Assembly: GCA_965153285.1 (NCBI GenBank)
Contig: OZ229112.1
DNA from: Podarcis tiliguerta
Lineage: Eukaryota
Reading direction: 5' to 3' (one strand)
DNA length: 64,000 nt
The notes under the pieces were generated by a model. That model worked only from the letters and a program-made list of their open reading frames with translations. It did not search any database and was not told the DNA's origin. A program made the position numbers and the translations under genes. This document shows, one piece after another, positions 22,270 through 36,200 of the stretch; within the stretch, counting starts at the first letter, position 1, and every line of letters starts with the position of its first letter.

Positions 22270-25032
22270 TTGTACAGAATTTTAAGTTGGAAGGGACCCA
22301 AAGGATCATCTAGTCCAACCCCCTGCAATGCAGGAATCATAGTACACATAAACTTCACTAGTGATCCACAACAGCCCCTGCCCGTCAACTATGTGAAATT
22401 TTAAGGTATATGTGTAGATATTGGTTGGCTTGATTTAACTTAAGTTTCTGTACTAGTATTCTTGACTTCTGAAACCTGCCATGGTCTTAGATTTCTGGCC
22501 AACTGGTAACACACTGCAAACAAGGGGGAGATGGATGTAATGTGTTTATTAAGAGGTTTGCATGCTGCCGATTCTGTCCTAGCTTTGGGGTGTTTAATAT
22601 ACAAAAGGGACACACTTGAAATGCTCATATGCATGGGTAGGTGCTTACATTTTTCATTTATGCCTCTTTATGAGGGGCACACACCTGCTCCTCTAGACTT
22701 CCATAAAACAGGAAAGAAGTTGTATTTGTTTCCAGTACTATTATATCAAAGTTATAGGTGAAACCTCAGATGGCTGGGGTATAAATAATAAAATTTATTA
22801 TTATTATTACTACAACAGGTACTGTTTTTAAAAATCTGTTTTTAACATACCAGGTTTAGAGAATCTCCTAAAAAGTATACGTCTTAAAGGAAGTTTCATA
22901 ACCTCAACTATATTACAGGTACTTGTTTCTAGACTACATGTTGATCAGATTGGATATTAACTTGTTTTAGGATTAAATGTTTCAATGCAATAGCCAAAAC
23001 TACAAAAAATCGTTTCACCAATGTTGGGCCAAAACGTATTTTAATACCACTGACAAACAAGATTGGCAACCACAATGTAGATAATTTGCCATAGGAGTCC
23101 AGGTGTGTTTTGAATTCTCAAATAGCTCAGTTTATAGAAGTGTGAGCTATCCAGAAGACTTGATTTGAACAGGGCTCCCCTTGCCCATCACTTTCCTCTG
23201 TCTTGTTTCAGCAAGTTAACCTTGTCAGTCATTAATTCCCACTCTGGTTCCTATGCTTAACAAGCCCAATGTTTCAAAGTTCTACTAAAAACTAGTCAAG
23301 GGAGAACTGTCCCTTTCACACACAAAGCAAGGGAGATGCAAGCACATGTACATTTCAGGCTGTGCAGGGCTCAGCCCTTCCCCCCACTACTCTGTTGGCT
23401 GAGCTGGCGCTTCCTCCACATTCCTGAAATGCCCACTGGATGACAGGCCCAGGCCCAGCCCTTAAAATGATACTGCAATCTCATTGGCCTGAGCTTGTCA
23501 ATGGGGAAGGAGAGGCCACCACATCTGGGGCGCGAGCCAGAAGCCTCACGTGTGATCTCGGTTCCAGCCACATTTTTCAAAAGATAGGAGGGGCCTCTCC
23601 CCGCCCCAGTGCCCAAATAGGAGAAAAGCCAATCGCGCAAATAAGAGCCGCCCCGGCCACTGCTCTCCTCGCCGGAACGTCCCTATGTGGCCCAGAACAC
23701 TAGACCTGCCCCAGTCAGAAGCTGAACACAAGACGGTGCGAGGGCTAACGCTCCGCAGCGTTTAGTAAGGCCCGCTAAAAGCGTCATTTCACAGGTAGCT
23801 GACAGACTCGATTAACTCTTCCACAAAGCCAAGTTCTGGGGCTGACAGAGACAACCAAGCGCCCGCTCTGTCAGAATTTGGTCCGAGATTATCGAGGCCA
23901 GGTTGGAACCACGGCGCCAATGGAGACGACACAGGCACGCAAGGCTGCTCGCTCGCTCGCCCTCCCGCCGGGGCGAGACCGGGGTAACGGCGGCCGCCGG
24001 TGCAGCGTTCGGAGGCGGAGGCGTTAGACACGTGTCCCGCCGTCACGTTACTCTCCCATGAGGAGCTTGCGTGCTCTCAGCCGCGGGCAGTGCCCAGTTC
24101 GCACACGAAATACGTTTCAGACGTAGACGCCGCTTATACACGGGCGAGCAGGTTTGCCGGTGGCCCCGCGCGCGGCTAAGGTTTCATGCGCCTCCCACTC
24201 TTCCCCGAAGGCCCAGCCAACCGCCGCCCGCCCCGACCATTACTAGGGCGGCCGGCAACGACTACACGCGGCGATGGCATCGCTCCGCGCTACCTCAGAG
24301 CAGGGGCGGGGGAAGAGAGGAACCACGCGGACTGAGCTGAAGTCGGAAGCTCTCCCGAAAGCACCTTTTTAGCAAGGTCGTTTAAAAGGACCGGCGCGGA
24401 AGGTCACATTCCGCCCTTGCAAGGTCACCCCGGCTCTTCCCACCACCACCAAGTTCCTCCACTCGGCCAACTTTTTCCTAGGGCTGCGCGGCCTTCTTGG
24501 AACTCGGACGCAGGCCTGCCCGCCAACGGCCGTGCATGGAAGCCAGGCCCGCGCGCGTGCCGAGGAGGGACGTTGGTGGCGGTTGGCGGTTGTTCGTTCT
24601 CGTGCCCCCCCCCCTCCGCCCGTCAACGCCCAGAGAAGCCGGCGAAACTCAGCGCGTCACTTCAATGTCCGCCGTATCCCTCCCTCTCCGTCGGGCCAGC
24701 CCCGCACTGTCCCTCCTTCCCGTCACACACTCATCCACACATCGAGCTGCGCTCTGAATGGAGCAGCCGCCATGCCCTTCCCCTTTGCTGGCCATCAGCC
24801 TCGTTCACTTCCCGCCCAGCGGAGCCGGCATCGCGGCAGTCCTCTTGCCAGTGCATGTGCGCCACCAGTCGGGCATGTTCGCTCCCCCCCCCCCTCCTCT
24901 CGCCACTAACCCATCCATGTTGCTTCTCTCCCGCGCCCGGCCGCCCTCCAGCAGAGCGGACCTTCCCCTTTTTCGCCACCACTCCGGTCGGCCCCTCTGG
25001 CTCCCTTCCTTCTCCCCTCGCGAGCAACTAAC

Positions 25033-25166
25033 CTGGGGATGGTGCGGAGATCGCCGGACCCATTGGTTTGGTGCGGCTCCTGCGGCGAGGGCTGTTGCCA
25101 GGCGAACCACACCTCCAGTAGCTTCTCAGTCCCTTCGAAGAAGTGTGCACCGTTCTCCTCCATCAT
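25033..25166 (-). CDS. AMD1: AMD1 exon 1, [21 protein letters not shown]...GSGDLRTIP(R)
   Basis: Hallmark [14 protein letters not shown] motif. AG|gttagt donor, 134 nt. Confidence 0.97.
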
Positions 25167-25577
25167 GGTGAGACAACTCCGCAAAAACCAACAACCACAG
25201 AAATTAAAACGACAGACACCCCCGACCAAACTGCTGCTGCTGCCGCCGCCCTCCTCTTCACCTACACACCGGCCAAGGCTGGTACTGCTGCTGTTCCGGG
25301 CCGCGGCGCCTTCACCGGGTCTCAGCCCGTCCCAAACAGGTTTCACCTTTGACGGGGTAGCAATCTTATATTAGGCTATAAGAGAAATATATATATAGAT
25401 ATATATACCAGAGAGCGGTTGCGGGAAAGGTGGCGGGTTGTTACACAGTCCTTTGGGGTAGGGGAAGGAGGGAGATGGAAGAAGAGAAGTGCGGAGTAGG
25501 CAGGCGTGCAGGCGATGCGGTTCGGTTCCTTGTAGTCCGTGTGTTCCCCTGTTACAGAGAAAAGCACAGAGCGAGCG

Positions 25578-25598
25578 CTAGCTAATGTCGCCGGCCAT
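25578..25598 (-). promoter_or_regulatory. Polyamine-responsive uORF MAGDIS
   Basis: ATG GCC GGC GAC ATT AGC TAG, the same peptide as the mammalian AMD1 uORF. It is the only ATG in the leader. Confidence 0.97.
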
Positions 25599-25634
25599 AC
25601 TGTGGAAGCGAAGAGGAATGAAGCACGCAGCAGC

Positions 25635-25710
25635 TTTTATATGCGCACAGGTATTCGGATCCCTTCCTCCGCAGCGCCGCCATTGGGTCCGTGCTGGTTA
25701 GTCCCGCCCA
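25635..25710 (-). promoter_or_regulatory. AMD1 core promoter: TATA box, CCAAT box, GC box
   Basis: TATAAAA 25635-25641 (implies a TSS near 25611), CCAAT 25682-25686, GGGCGG ~25704-25709. Confidence 0.8.
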
Positions 25711-26640
25711 TCTACTTCACCGATAGGACGCTCCGAGATGTCTGTCAGGCGACACGGGCTCGCCCCGTGCTACTGACGGTTCCAGCCTGTGCGCCCGAAG
25801 GCGAAGCGGACGGAGGCAACGTCCCCGGCTGGCACTCGCGGGAGCCAGTGGGCGAAAGAGGGAGAGAATAGCTGCAGAAAGAATACAAAGAAACCGCACA
25901 CAGCTGCGTAGCAACAGAAAATATGTTTGTGGTTAGAAGAGGGGGGTTGGGGTTCTGTTCAGGAGAGAAGGTATAAAGGTACTGGAAAGCTGACATTTGT
26001 TTTAATGAGCATTTTGGACTACACTTAAATCATGAGTGCCTGGGGCATGTTGCTGGGACCTTCTGAAATATGGCTCTTTCAGTACACGCTAAAGGTGGAA
26101 AACAGCAATGTGTGACAGACTCAATATATTTGTGACAAATGGAAAGTACAGTATGGGGTGTTGCCTAATATATAGAACCTTGTGTATAAAATATACTATT
26201 GACCTCTTTGGGAATTATCTCTGAGTAAACATGCATAGGACTGGACTGCACCTGTAACTCAGGAACAGGAAAGCTATGGGAAACCCCCTTGTTCACTGTA
26301 GCAGCTGTTCAATGATTTTGTCCTCTGCAACCAGATTAACCAGCCATTTACAATGATGTATTTCTCCAAACCCACTGGGATTCCACCAACAGTAAGCAAA
26401 TCTTCCCCAGTTTAATAGTATATAAGGGCATTACTGCACAGTCAGTCAAAGCATAATTCAACATAATTCAATGCACTCTGATCATGCTTCCATTTAGGTA
26501 TATCCTACTGTGTTCCATGTGCATACTCTCTGGTAAGTATGTTTAAGATTGCAGTTTTATGTTTAACTTCAAGTTCTTTTCAATGCACAATAATCCATGA
26601 ATTTGCACACGACTTGGAAGAGCATAGTTATGCTGTGTGA

Positions 26641-26826
26641 CAGTGGTCCTTAACCTTTTTTGGGTTACAGACTCACTTGAGAATCTGATGAAAGCTACAG
26701 ACCCACTTCCCAGTGCAAATATGCACAAATTTTTTGCATACAGTTGATTTTATTGCATGGGTGTGTTTTGTATCCATAGGCCCTAGGGAGAACTTACAGT
26801 TTCACATAAAGATAGGGAATCTACTG
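26641..26826. mobile_element. Old hAT/Charlie-like MITE
   Basis: CAGTGGTCCTTAACCTTTT terminus and degenerate opposite end. No TSD. Confidence 0.5.
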
Positions 26827-26877
26827 AGAGCTGATGGACAAGCTTCAGTGACATACAGTTACAATCTTATATTAACC

Positions 26878-27009
26878 CAGGCATGGCCAAACGTGGCCCT
26901 CCAGCTGTTTGGGACTACAATTCCCATCATCCCTGACCACTGGTCCTGTTAGCTAGGGAAGATGGGAGTTATCCCCAAACAGCTGGAGGGCCAAGTTTGG
27001 CCATGCCTG
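26878..27009. mobile_element. hAT-type palindromic MITE upstream of AMD1
   Basis: TIR CAGGCATGGCCAAAC/GTTTGGCCATGCCTG, perfect 8-bp TSD TATTAACC. Core shared with 4387-4522. Confidence 0.92.
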
Positions 27010-28929
27010 TATTAACCTATTTGGCAGTAAGCTTCACAGCAGGGCTTATGAGTAAGCAAGTATAGAATTATGCAGTGTATTGATAAATAAAAGGGGGGAG
27101 GTAGTTGGTTGAGAATTCTTGCATTGGGATTTTCCACAGGGCTGCCTCAAGACAGTTTCCTGCCTGAGGCAAAGGACAAGATGATGTCTCCACCATTCCA
27201 TGTACAGAAGCTAATTGGACCAGTAATGGAACAGTGTCTTCCACTGCACCTGAGAGTACCAGGCTAGTTAGGGGAGTGTGGCACATAGAGCTCTGCCTTT
27301 AACAGAAGAGTACAGCTGTGGGATTCAGGAGTAGAAACTAGAGGACTACCACTGCTGCCCCACAACATATTGCAACCTGAGGCAGTTAACCTCATTCTGC
27401 CTAATGGTAGGGCTATCCCTGGGCATCCAAAATATATTTACTTTAAAATAATAACAAATGAAAGTTCCCGAAAGTGTGGAAAGGGGAAGATAAGCATTCT
27501 GCTGCTAATTTCATCACAGGAAATACCCAATAGCCGCCACTGAAACTTGTAACTGCATCCCACACAGTAATCACAATGGCAATTAATCCACTGCCTTGAG
27601 CTATTGTATTTCCCCAAATGAGACTGTGTGAATTAATTTATCTAAAATTAAGCTACTTCCACATCTGAACGGTGTATGTGTAAGGGGCAGGCAAACAACA
27701 CAAGCTTGTAGGGAGGCTTTTGCATCTGAGAAAATATATTTTAATTCAGGGGAAATTGTGACAGAGCACACAAGATTTCCCTGGGAAAAGCGTGAACAAA
27801 TGGTTACTTCTGATCTGAAGGCAGAAGACAGCAGAATTGTGGGTCATAATACAGTATTTGTTTTCTAAATTAAGATTGCTATCCTATGATGAATTAGTGG
27901 AGGATAAAAGTACCTCAGGAAAAGCTTAACATGTTTTGTATGTGAGAGGGAAAAACAAAAAAAGTAAAAAGGTATGTTGAGGTTAGAAGTGAAAATGTAT
28001 CAATGGCAATTAAAAGTAGACGTGTGTACAAGAAACCTACTGAAACTCTTATTCATTTTACTCAGTAAGGCTCTGATTTCATACCTCAATGTTAATGCCT
28101 ACTTCAGATCTAATGGAAGACCATGGTTCATTCATCACTGTGTGAGTAAGCTATGACAAACACTGGGTTTTAGCATTTCCCCTTCTCTGCTTCCCTCTTT
28201 TGTAGGCAGGGGGAGATGAAGATGGGGTCACACAGTGTAATTTGCCCCAGGTGCTGCACTTCCCCTAGGGACAGCCCTGTGTTCATATCTACATGGAAAC
28301 TGGTGGCTGAATTAGTTTCCCAAATAGATTATACAGTATTTCGAGATCATTCCTCTGTAGTTGTGTGCCCAACCATCATGTAGGCTGGTATTAATATCAT
28401 GCTTTCCAAGTAAAAAGTTCAGGAGCATTGGTGCTGATATCTGCAAAAGATCAAAAACTTTAACAACTTGCATTTTATAGCTTCACCCTTGGTAAATATT
28501 GTTAAGCAATACAGTACAACAGTGCCCTTCCCTGTAATGTTTTTACATTCAACGCTGGATTTTAGCTGAATAAACAACAATAACAGGTATGCCGGTAGAA
28601 AGCCAGTAAGGGACTAGCCAGTGTATTGTACAGAATATCACACAATTTCTGCTTGGTTTTAAAGGAAAGCGTTGATATAGTGGGCCTAGTTGAAACCAGA
28701 TGGAGAGTACCAGTGCAGTGGGAGAACTAGTGCAAAACAGCTATCTCTTGATGTAAACTATGGGAAGGTCAGTAGGAGGGTGTACTGGAGGTGGTGGTGC
28801 TCTGCATGCCAAAGGACACAGAGTAAAAGGGGTAGATTCCTCCACAAAATTGCTGTGGGTGGCAATACCAAGGCATCAATATAAATTTAGTACTGAGTAC
28901 ATGCTATCACTGGGACACGCATGGTGCTT

Positions 28930-29220
28930 GGGACGTGGGTGGTGCTGTGGGTTAAACCACAGAGCCTAGGACTTGCCGATCAGAAGGTCGGCGGTTCAAA
29001 TCCCCCCGACAGGGTGAACTCCCATTGCTCGGTCCCTGCTCCTGCCCACCTAGCAGTTCAAAAGCACGTCAAAGTGCAAGTAGATAAATAGGCACCGCTC
29101 CGGCGGGAAGGTAAACAGCGTTTCCGTGTGCTGCTCTGGTTTGCCAGAAGTGGCTTAGTCATGCTGGCCACATGACCCGGAAGCTGTAAGTCGGCTCCCT
29201 TGGCCAATAAAGTGAGATGA
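28930..29220 (+). mobile_element. Sauria SINE, 3'-truncated
   Basis: Reverse-complement match to the other copies. Lacks the ACCTTT tail. Confidence 0.88.
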
Positions 29221-29549
29221 ACCAAGGAGGCATCCAAAGGAGGAAATGTAATGAGTGACTTCAATTGGGTAAATGAGTGCTCCAGTCACGATAGAAAATA
29301 AGCCTTCCTTTATAAAATGTAAGTCTTATTCAAATGAGAAGAACAAAAAGGTACAGAAACTTCGGCAAAATAAATGCAAGCAGACAACAAGAGAACATTT
29401 CATATTGCAAATTTTTTTAAAGACCAGCAATAAAACATTTAAAAAACATGTTAGAACCAGCAGACTAGCTGGAGAGATGTTTGGTCCTTTGGATGACAAA
29501 TGAGTCAAAGGTGTACTAAAGGAGGAAAAGGAGATTACAGAGAAGTTGT

Positions 29550-30605
29550 AGTGCTGATCCCTGTACCTGAACTGAGTCTGAAGAGGCAAATGGTGGTGAC
29601 AAGAATTGACATTCTAGGCCTTGATGACAAACTAAAAATGAAGACATCACATCCAGGAGGTAGCATCTACTTGAGAGCCCTTTTAAAACTTGAATTTAAA
29701 TAACCGATCTTCTAACAAAAGAAAGTAACATCTGTGAGATCAGCCTGCATACCTGAGGACCAGAAAGTGGTCAATATATACCGGTAATCAAATTTTAAAA
29801 AGGGATCCAGAAAATATATAGGAAATTAGTTTTCAAGTAACCAACATGTAATGAAAACTATTATTAAAATTAGAATTCCCAAGCATAAAAGACCAAATTT
29901 GGCTGAAGCAAAATCGGTATGGCTCCTGCAAATTTAAGTCATATATAACTAACCTTTTAGAGTTCAGAGTGTCCATATGCATATGACTAGGGGTGATCAA
30001 CAGATAACATAAACATGGCCATTTATCAAAAAGCTTTTGATAAAGTCCCTTAGGAAAGGGACTGAAAATAAAACTGCCAATCATAATGGTGTTATATAAA
30101 TTGATGGTGTGACCAGATTATAGTACGAACATTTCTGGTTGTCATACATAAAAAATACTATATTAGAGCTGGAAAAGGTGTTGGAAAAGGCAACCAAAAT
30201 TATAGAAAGGCAGGACCAATTCCCATATAAGCAAAGGTTACAACATTTGGGGCTTTTTAGGTTAGAAACCGTGCATAAAATTATGCATTGTGTGGATAAA
30301 GTGGATAGAGAGGCTTTCTCCCCTTCCCATAATATTAGAACCAAAAGTCATCTACACAGCACTATTGAATTTTATCCCACAAGATTTAACATTGGCCACC
30401 AACTTACACAAACATAAAAAGAATAAGACAAACTATTGGAGGATAAGGCTTTCAAAGCTGCCAGTCATTATAGTTGTATGCTGCCTCTAATATTGGAGGT
30501 GATATGTGACTGAATACCAGTTGCTGGGAAACACAAATGTGGAAAATGCTATTGTGCTGTGTTTGTGGGTTTCCCATAGGCATCTGCTTGGCTAATGTGA
30601 GAACA
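29550..30605 (+). mobile_element. Decayed CR1 LINE ORF2 and 3' region
   Basis: Relic peptides such as ELEKVLEKATKII...PYKQRLQHLGLFRLE and KAFDKVP, with many stops and indels. Confidence 0.75.
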
Positions 30606-30639
30606 GTGTGGTAAACTATTTGTTTATGGTTCTCCACTT

Positions 30640-30895
30640 GTTATTAGAGGTCCCACAATGCTCTTTCTTATCCTTCACCCTATTTAACACCTTAATGAAG
30701 CTACTGGGGGAGGTTATATGGATATTTCAGATGCAGAATAAACAGTATGTTGATGACACCCAACCGTGTCTCTCATTTTCAGCTGAACCAAGGGAGGTAG
30801 TTGAAACAGTGAACTGTTTATAGTTGTGAAGGACTGGATGCTGTACAAGAAGCTGAAACTTAATTCACAGAGTACAGAAGTAGCATTGGTAGGTG
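30640..30895 (+). mobile_element. L2-clade LINE reverse transcriptase relic
   Basis: VPQCSFLSFTLFNTLMKLLGEVI...QYVDDTQPCLSF, degenerate GVPQGS and YADD motifs. Confidence 0.75.
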
Positions 30896-30909
30896 GACTA
30901 ATATGACTA

Positions 30910-31245
30910 ACATCCCCTCAATTCCTTTGTCCAAGTTGTTTATAAAGACATTGAACAACAGTGGGCCCAGGACAGAACCCCGCTTGTCACTTTTTAGCAG
31001 AATGAGAAGAAACCATTAATGAGTACATTTGGGTTCAGTCAGTCAGTCAGTCAGTCAGTCACTTCATTCAAGCCACATTTTACCAGCTTCCTCACAAGAA
31101 TATCACGGGGTGTGTGTATTTGTATTTGTCCAAAGCCTTACTGAAATCAAGATACACTGTGTCCACAGCATTCCCCTGATCCACCAAGATTGTAACTCCA
31201 TTTTTTAAAAAAAGAAATGAGATTTGCCTGGCATGACTTGTTTTT
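30910..31245 (-). mobile_element. CR1 LINE RT relic
   Basis: VDQGNAVDTVYLDFSKALDK and GSVLGPLLFNVFINNLDKGIEG. Confidence 0.8.
31035..31060. repeat. (TCAG)n microsatellite
   Basis: About 6 units. Confidence 0.9.
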
Positions 31246-31559
31246 AAGGTATAAATGATATGAAAGGGGAAACACAGCTTTTGTGATATGGTAGTCTGCA
31301 CACCTGTAAGTTCACATTATCTGAAGAAGAGAAAGACCTAGCAGAGCAAGCGCAGACCTGCATGTAAAGTAAACTGTATGAGTCATTTAACAATGCCTTT
31401 TGAATGCTGATGGTTACCTGAAATACATTAGGAAGAGGTGGAGGCAAACCAATAGGTGCCAAATCAATTTTATCTTTGTAAGCAAAGTGTTCCTCTACGT
31501 CAACTTTCGAAGTCTCTAGGCTTCATGTTCAAGAGACATGAAACTCAACGCTAGCTTGA

Positions 31560-33200
<1,641 letters not shown>

Positions 33201-36200
33201 TTCTCTGCCTGAAGCAGGACTAAAACTATGCTCTCAAGTCTCAGCCGTTCAAAGCCTAGGATTTAAATGCTTGACCTGATTTGAGAAAGCAACAAAATTT
33301 CCCTCTTTCTCGGTCGGAGGGACTGGGAATGTTTGGAGCTTGAGATAGTATCCTGGTCACAGAGCTAAGAAAACGGTCTTTGTTGGATTAATATCATACT
33401 TTGATTTTAGCTGATCCACATTTGAGGGGGAGAGCCCCCCAAATTCATATTAGCTGCTCGGAGTAAAAGGGTTTTGGCGGTTAGTGCACAAATTACTTGC
33501 TTGAGAAAAAATTATTTTTACTACTTGTCTTACAAGTACATCTCATGTGACACAGGTATTACCTGTTTGGATAATAATAATCTGCACTGTCTTGTGTAGG
33601 CGTATATCTGGATAGAGAGGAGTCTGATGCTTTGTAGATGATTTGACTAGATAGTTTTTGGAACTCCTCTGGTTCGAAAAGTCTATTCAGTATTATTACG
33701 GTATTCTATATATGTGTATCTAGGATTGGTTAATGTATGAAAACAAAGAGCAAAGTATACTCCCATGTTTAAATTTCTGATCTATATTTTTGTAATGCTA
33801 TATATACAGGCTGATGATGTAAAATCCCTTGAGTACTGAAAGTGGTTTTATGTTTATATAGTGTCAATGGTCTCCACCATGAAAAAGAAATCAAGCCCTT
33901 TTGTAACTATTCTGCTTTGGCAAATAGGTATTTTGATTACAGTATGTACAAATGCTTAAAACTCTGGATGCACAAAACCCAGTTTCTGGTAAGTCTGCCA
34001 GAACTTCTGGTAAGTCTGCTGTGTATTTACCCTTACTTGGAATAAGCTCCATGAAACAGTAGGGTTTGCTTCTGAGTAAATATGTACGGGATTGGACTGC
34101 TTGTCTCATTGAGTGTACAAATCCTTAATTCACAACACTTAGCTCTCTTCTGCAGACATTCAATATTAATTTCATGCTAACTGAAAGAAACTATAGCAAA
34201 AATCACAGTAGGTAGAGACATTCCCATGTAATACATTGATAGATCAACATAGCTTTGTGTGTGTTGTCTTTTCAACTTGGTAGTTTTCTTTTACAGTGGG
34301 AGCCATGTGGATAAATGTATTGTAAGTGAACCAAGCCTGCAGGTTCAGTTATGTTATTGACAAAGTTAATCACAGTAGTCTTCCAACACAAGTCGTGAGA
34401 TGAGAACCCTTCTATTTATTATGCAGTAGGGAAAAGGGAAACACAACTTTAGGATTAACAGCTTTTCCAGTAGGGAGAGGGAGAACCAATATTTGCTCCA
34501 ATTCCTCTACATTTTGTTCTGAAGCATGGGCAGATTTCAGAGGCATCAAAATACTAGGCCCAGAAAAAGCAATACTGAGATAAAAAAATCACAAAACAGT
34601 TTTACTGCTTTTCAGCAAATATTGTGTTAATATATTGACATTTATTTTGCTATTTTTATATTCCACTTGTCCTTTTGAATGCTCAGAAGCCGCATGCATG
34701 TGGTTTTCAATAGTTTCCCACCAGGTGTTGCTCAGGTCCACACATGCCAAAGATTCAAGCAAAATATATGATTAGACAACCTCCGTCCACCAACTTTGTT
34801 ATCAAAAGATCAGATGTGATCACAAATTTTGAGTTGTGCTTTCCTTCCCTCACTAACAAAAAAAAAAAAATTAAACTGACTAACAGTGCCATGGAATTAA
34901 ATGAGACTTACTGTCCAATCCTAACTCAAGTGTAGTACTTATTCCTAAATATGTGGGGTTAGAATTGCAGCCTTAAACTGCCTTAGCATGATCTATTAAA
35001 ACTTGGGTTTTTTTCTTTTACTTTGATGCAGCTGCAATAGCTGTGATATTTACAACTGGCCGGGCTGAAATTAACAGCATCTTCCTGCATCTCTTTGGAG
35101 TAAATAAACAAAAAGAACTTAAATTGTTTAAGATAATATTTTTCTCAAACATTACCCGTTATGGCCATTTATATGGAAGGAATTAGCAGCTCAACACACT
35201 TGTTTTCCTGGATTGTGTTTAGTCAACCAAATGAATAGCAGCACCAAACTACATATTTGTCCTATCACAGCTGTGGCAGTGCTGTTAGCCATGGTTACAG
35301 AGTTGATTCTGCACGATGACAGAATTCTGCCTCCTGGGAATGTATCTGAATTTGAAATAAAGTGAGTTCCTTGTCCTTACTCCTGCAAATATATTTAAAA
35401 GTATGTTGCAAGGCCTGATGAAACCTTATTTAGCCACCTGTCTGGCTTCTCAGTTGTCCAGCGGTGGGAGGTGCAATTTTTTAAAATAGATCTTTCTGCC
35501 TCTCAATGTCTAGGAGAATAGAATAAATGTGTCTGACATGCATGGTATTTCGTTTCGGCTCCATTTGCATAGTATCAACAGACTTTAACACTTGGCTTTT
35601 CTTGATGCACAATTCCTCTTGCAATGCAGGAGATACATTGTTCTAGCTTTATTAATGCACCTCCCTCTTTCAGCTTGGAGAGGCCAGCTTGGTGAAGCAG
35701 TACCACAAAGATACCCTCCTGATACTGGTTTCTCTTTCACTTACTGGGTTAGTAGTGGGAGGTCAGGGCTGTGCAGGCATACTGGTGGAACCAATCCAGT
35801 ACTCCCTCTGATGTGCTCACAGAGCTTTGACCTTACTGTTGCTCTGCCCCTACAACACCTCTTGGTAAGCAGCAGGGAAGGAGATATGAGAAGGGAGATG
35901 CTGGGAGGGGAAAAGGGGGAGCCAGTGGGTGAGGGTGGAGAGGTGGGAGGAAGATTTAATCAACTACTTGCAAGAGTGATAAGAGGCTGCTCTGGTTCTG
36001 ATTTTGTCATGTTTGGATTCATGTCGATTTCAGGGAAGTCCTAGGGAAAATTCCTTGAAGGTCATTGCTGGCTCTTAGTCAATATGCCAAACCAGCGCAG
36101 AAGGCTTATTAACTTTGCCGCTGCAGTTTTTCTGGAAGTTTATCACCTCACTTCTGTAATGGCTGTTTTTTCATGAAGCATCTGCTTGCCTATTGGCCAG

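Larger units (their letters stand above)
23500..25910. promoter_or_regulatory. AMD1 CpG island extending about 1.5 kb into intron 1
   Basis: High CpG density. E-boxes CACGTG at 23547-23552 and 24029-24034. Confidence 0.85.

Noticed and set aside
24071-25374. Plus-strand ORFs of up to 204 aa antisense to AMD1
   Set aside because: CpG-island artefacts, mostly with non-ATG starts and no recognisable domain.
35592-36044. 150-aa intronic ORF (also 49781-50188, 21234-21674, 45121-45543)
   Set aside because: No domain, no convincing splice framing, and composition explained by AT-rich or repeat-derived sequence.
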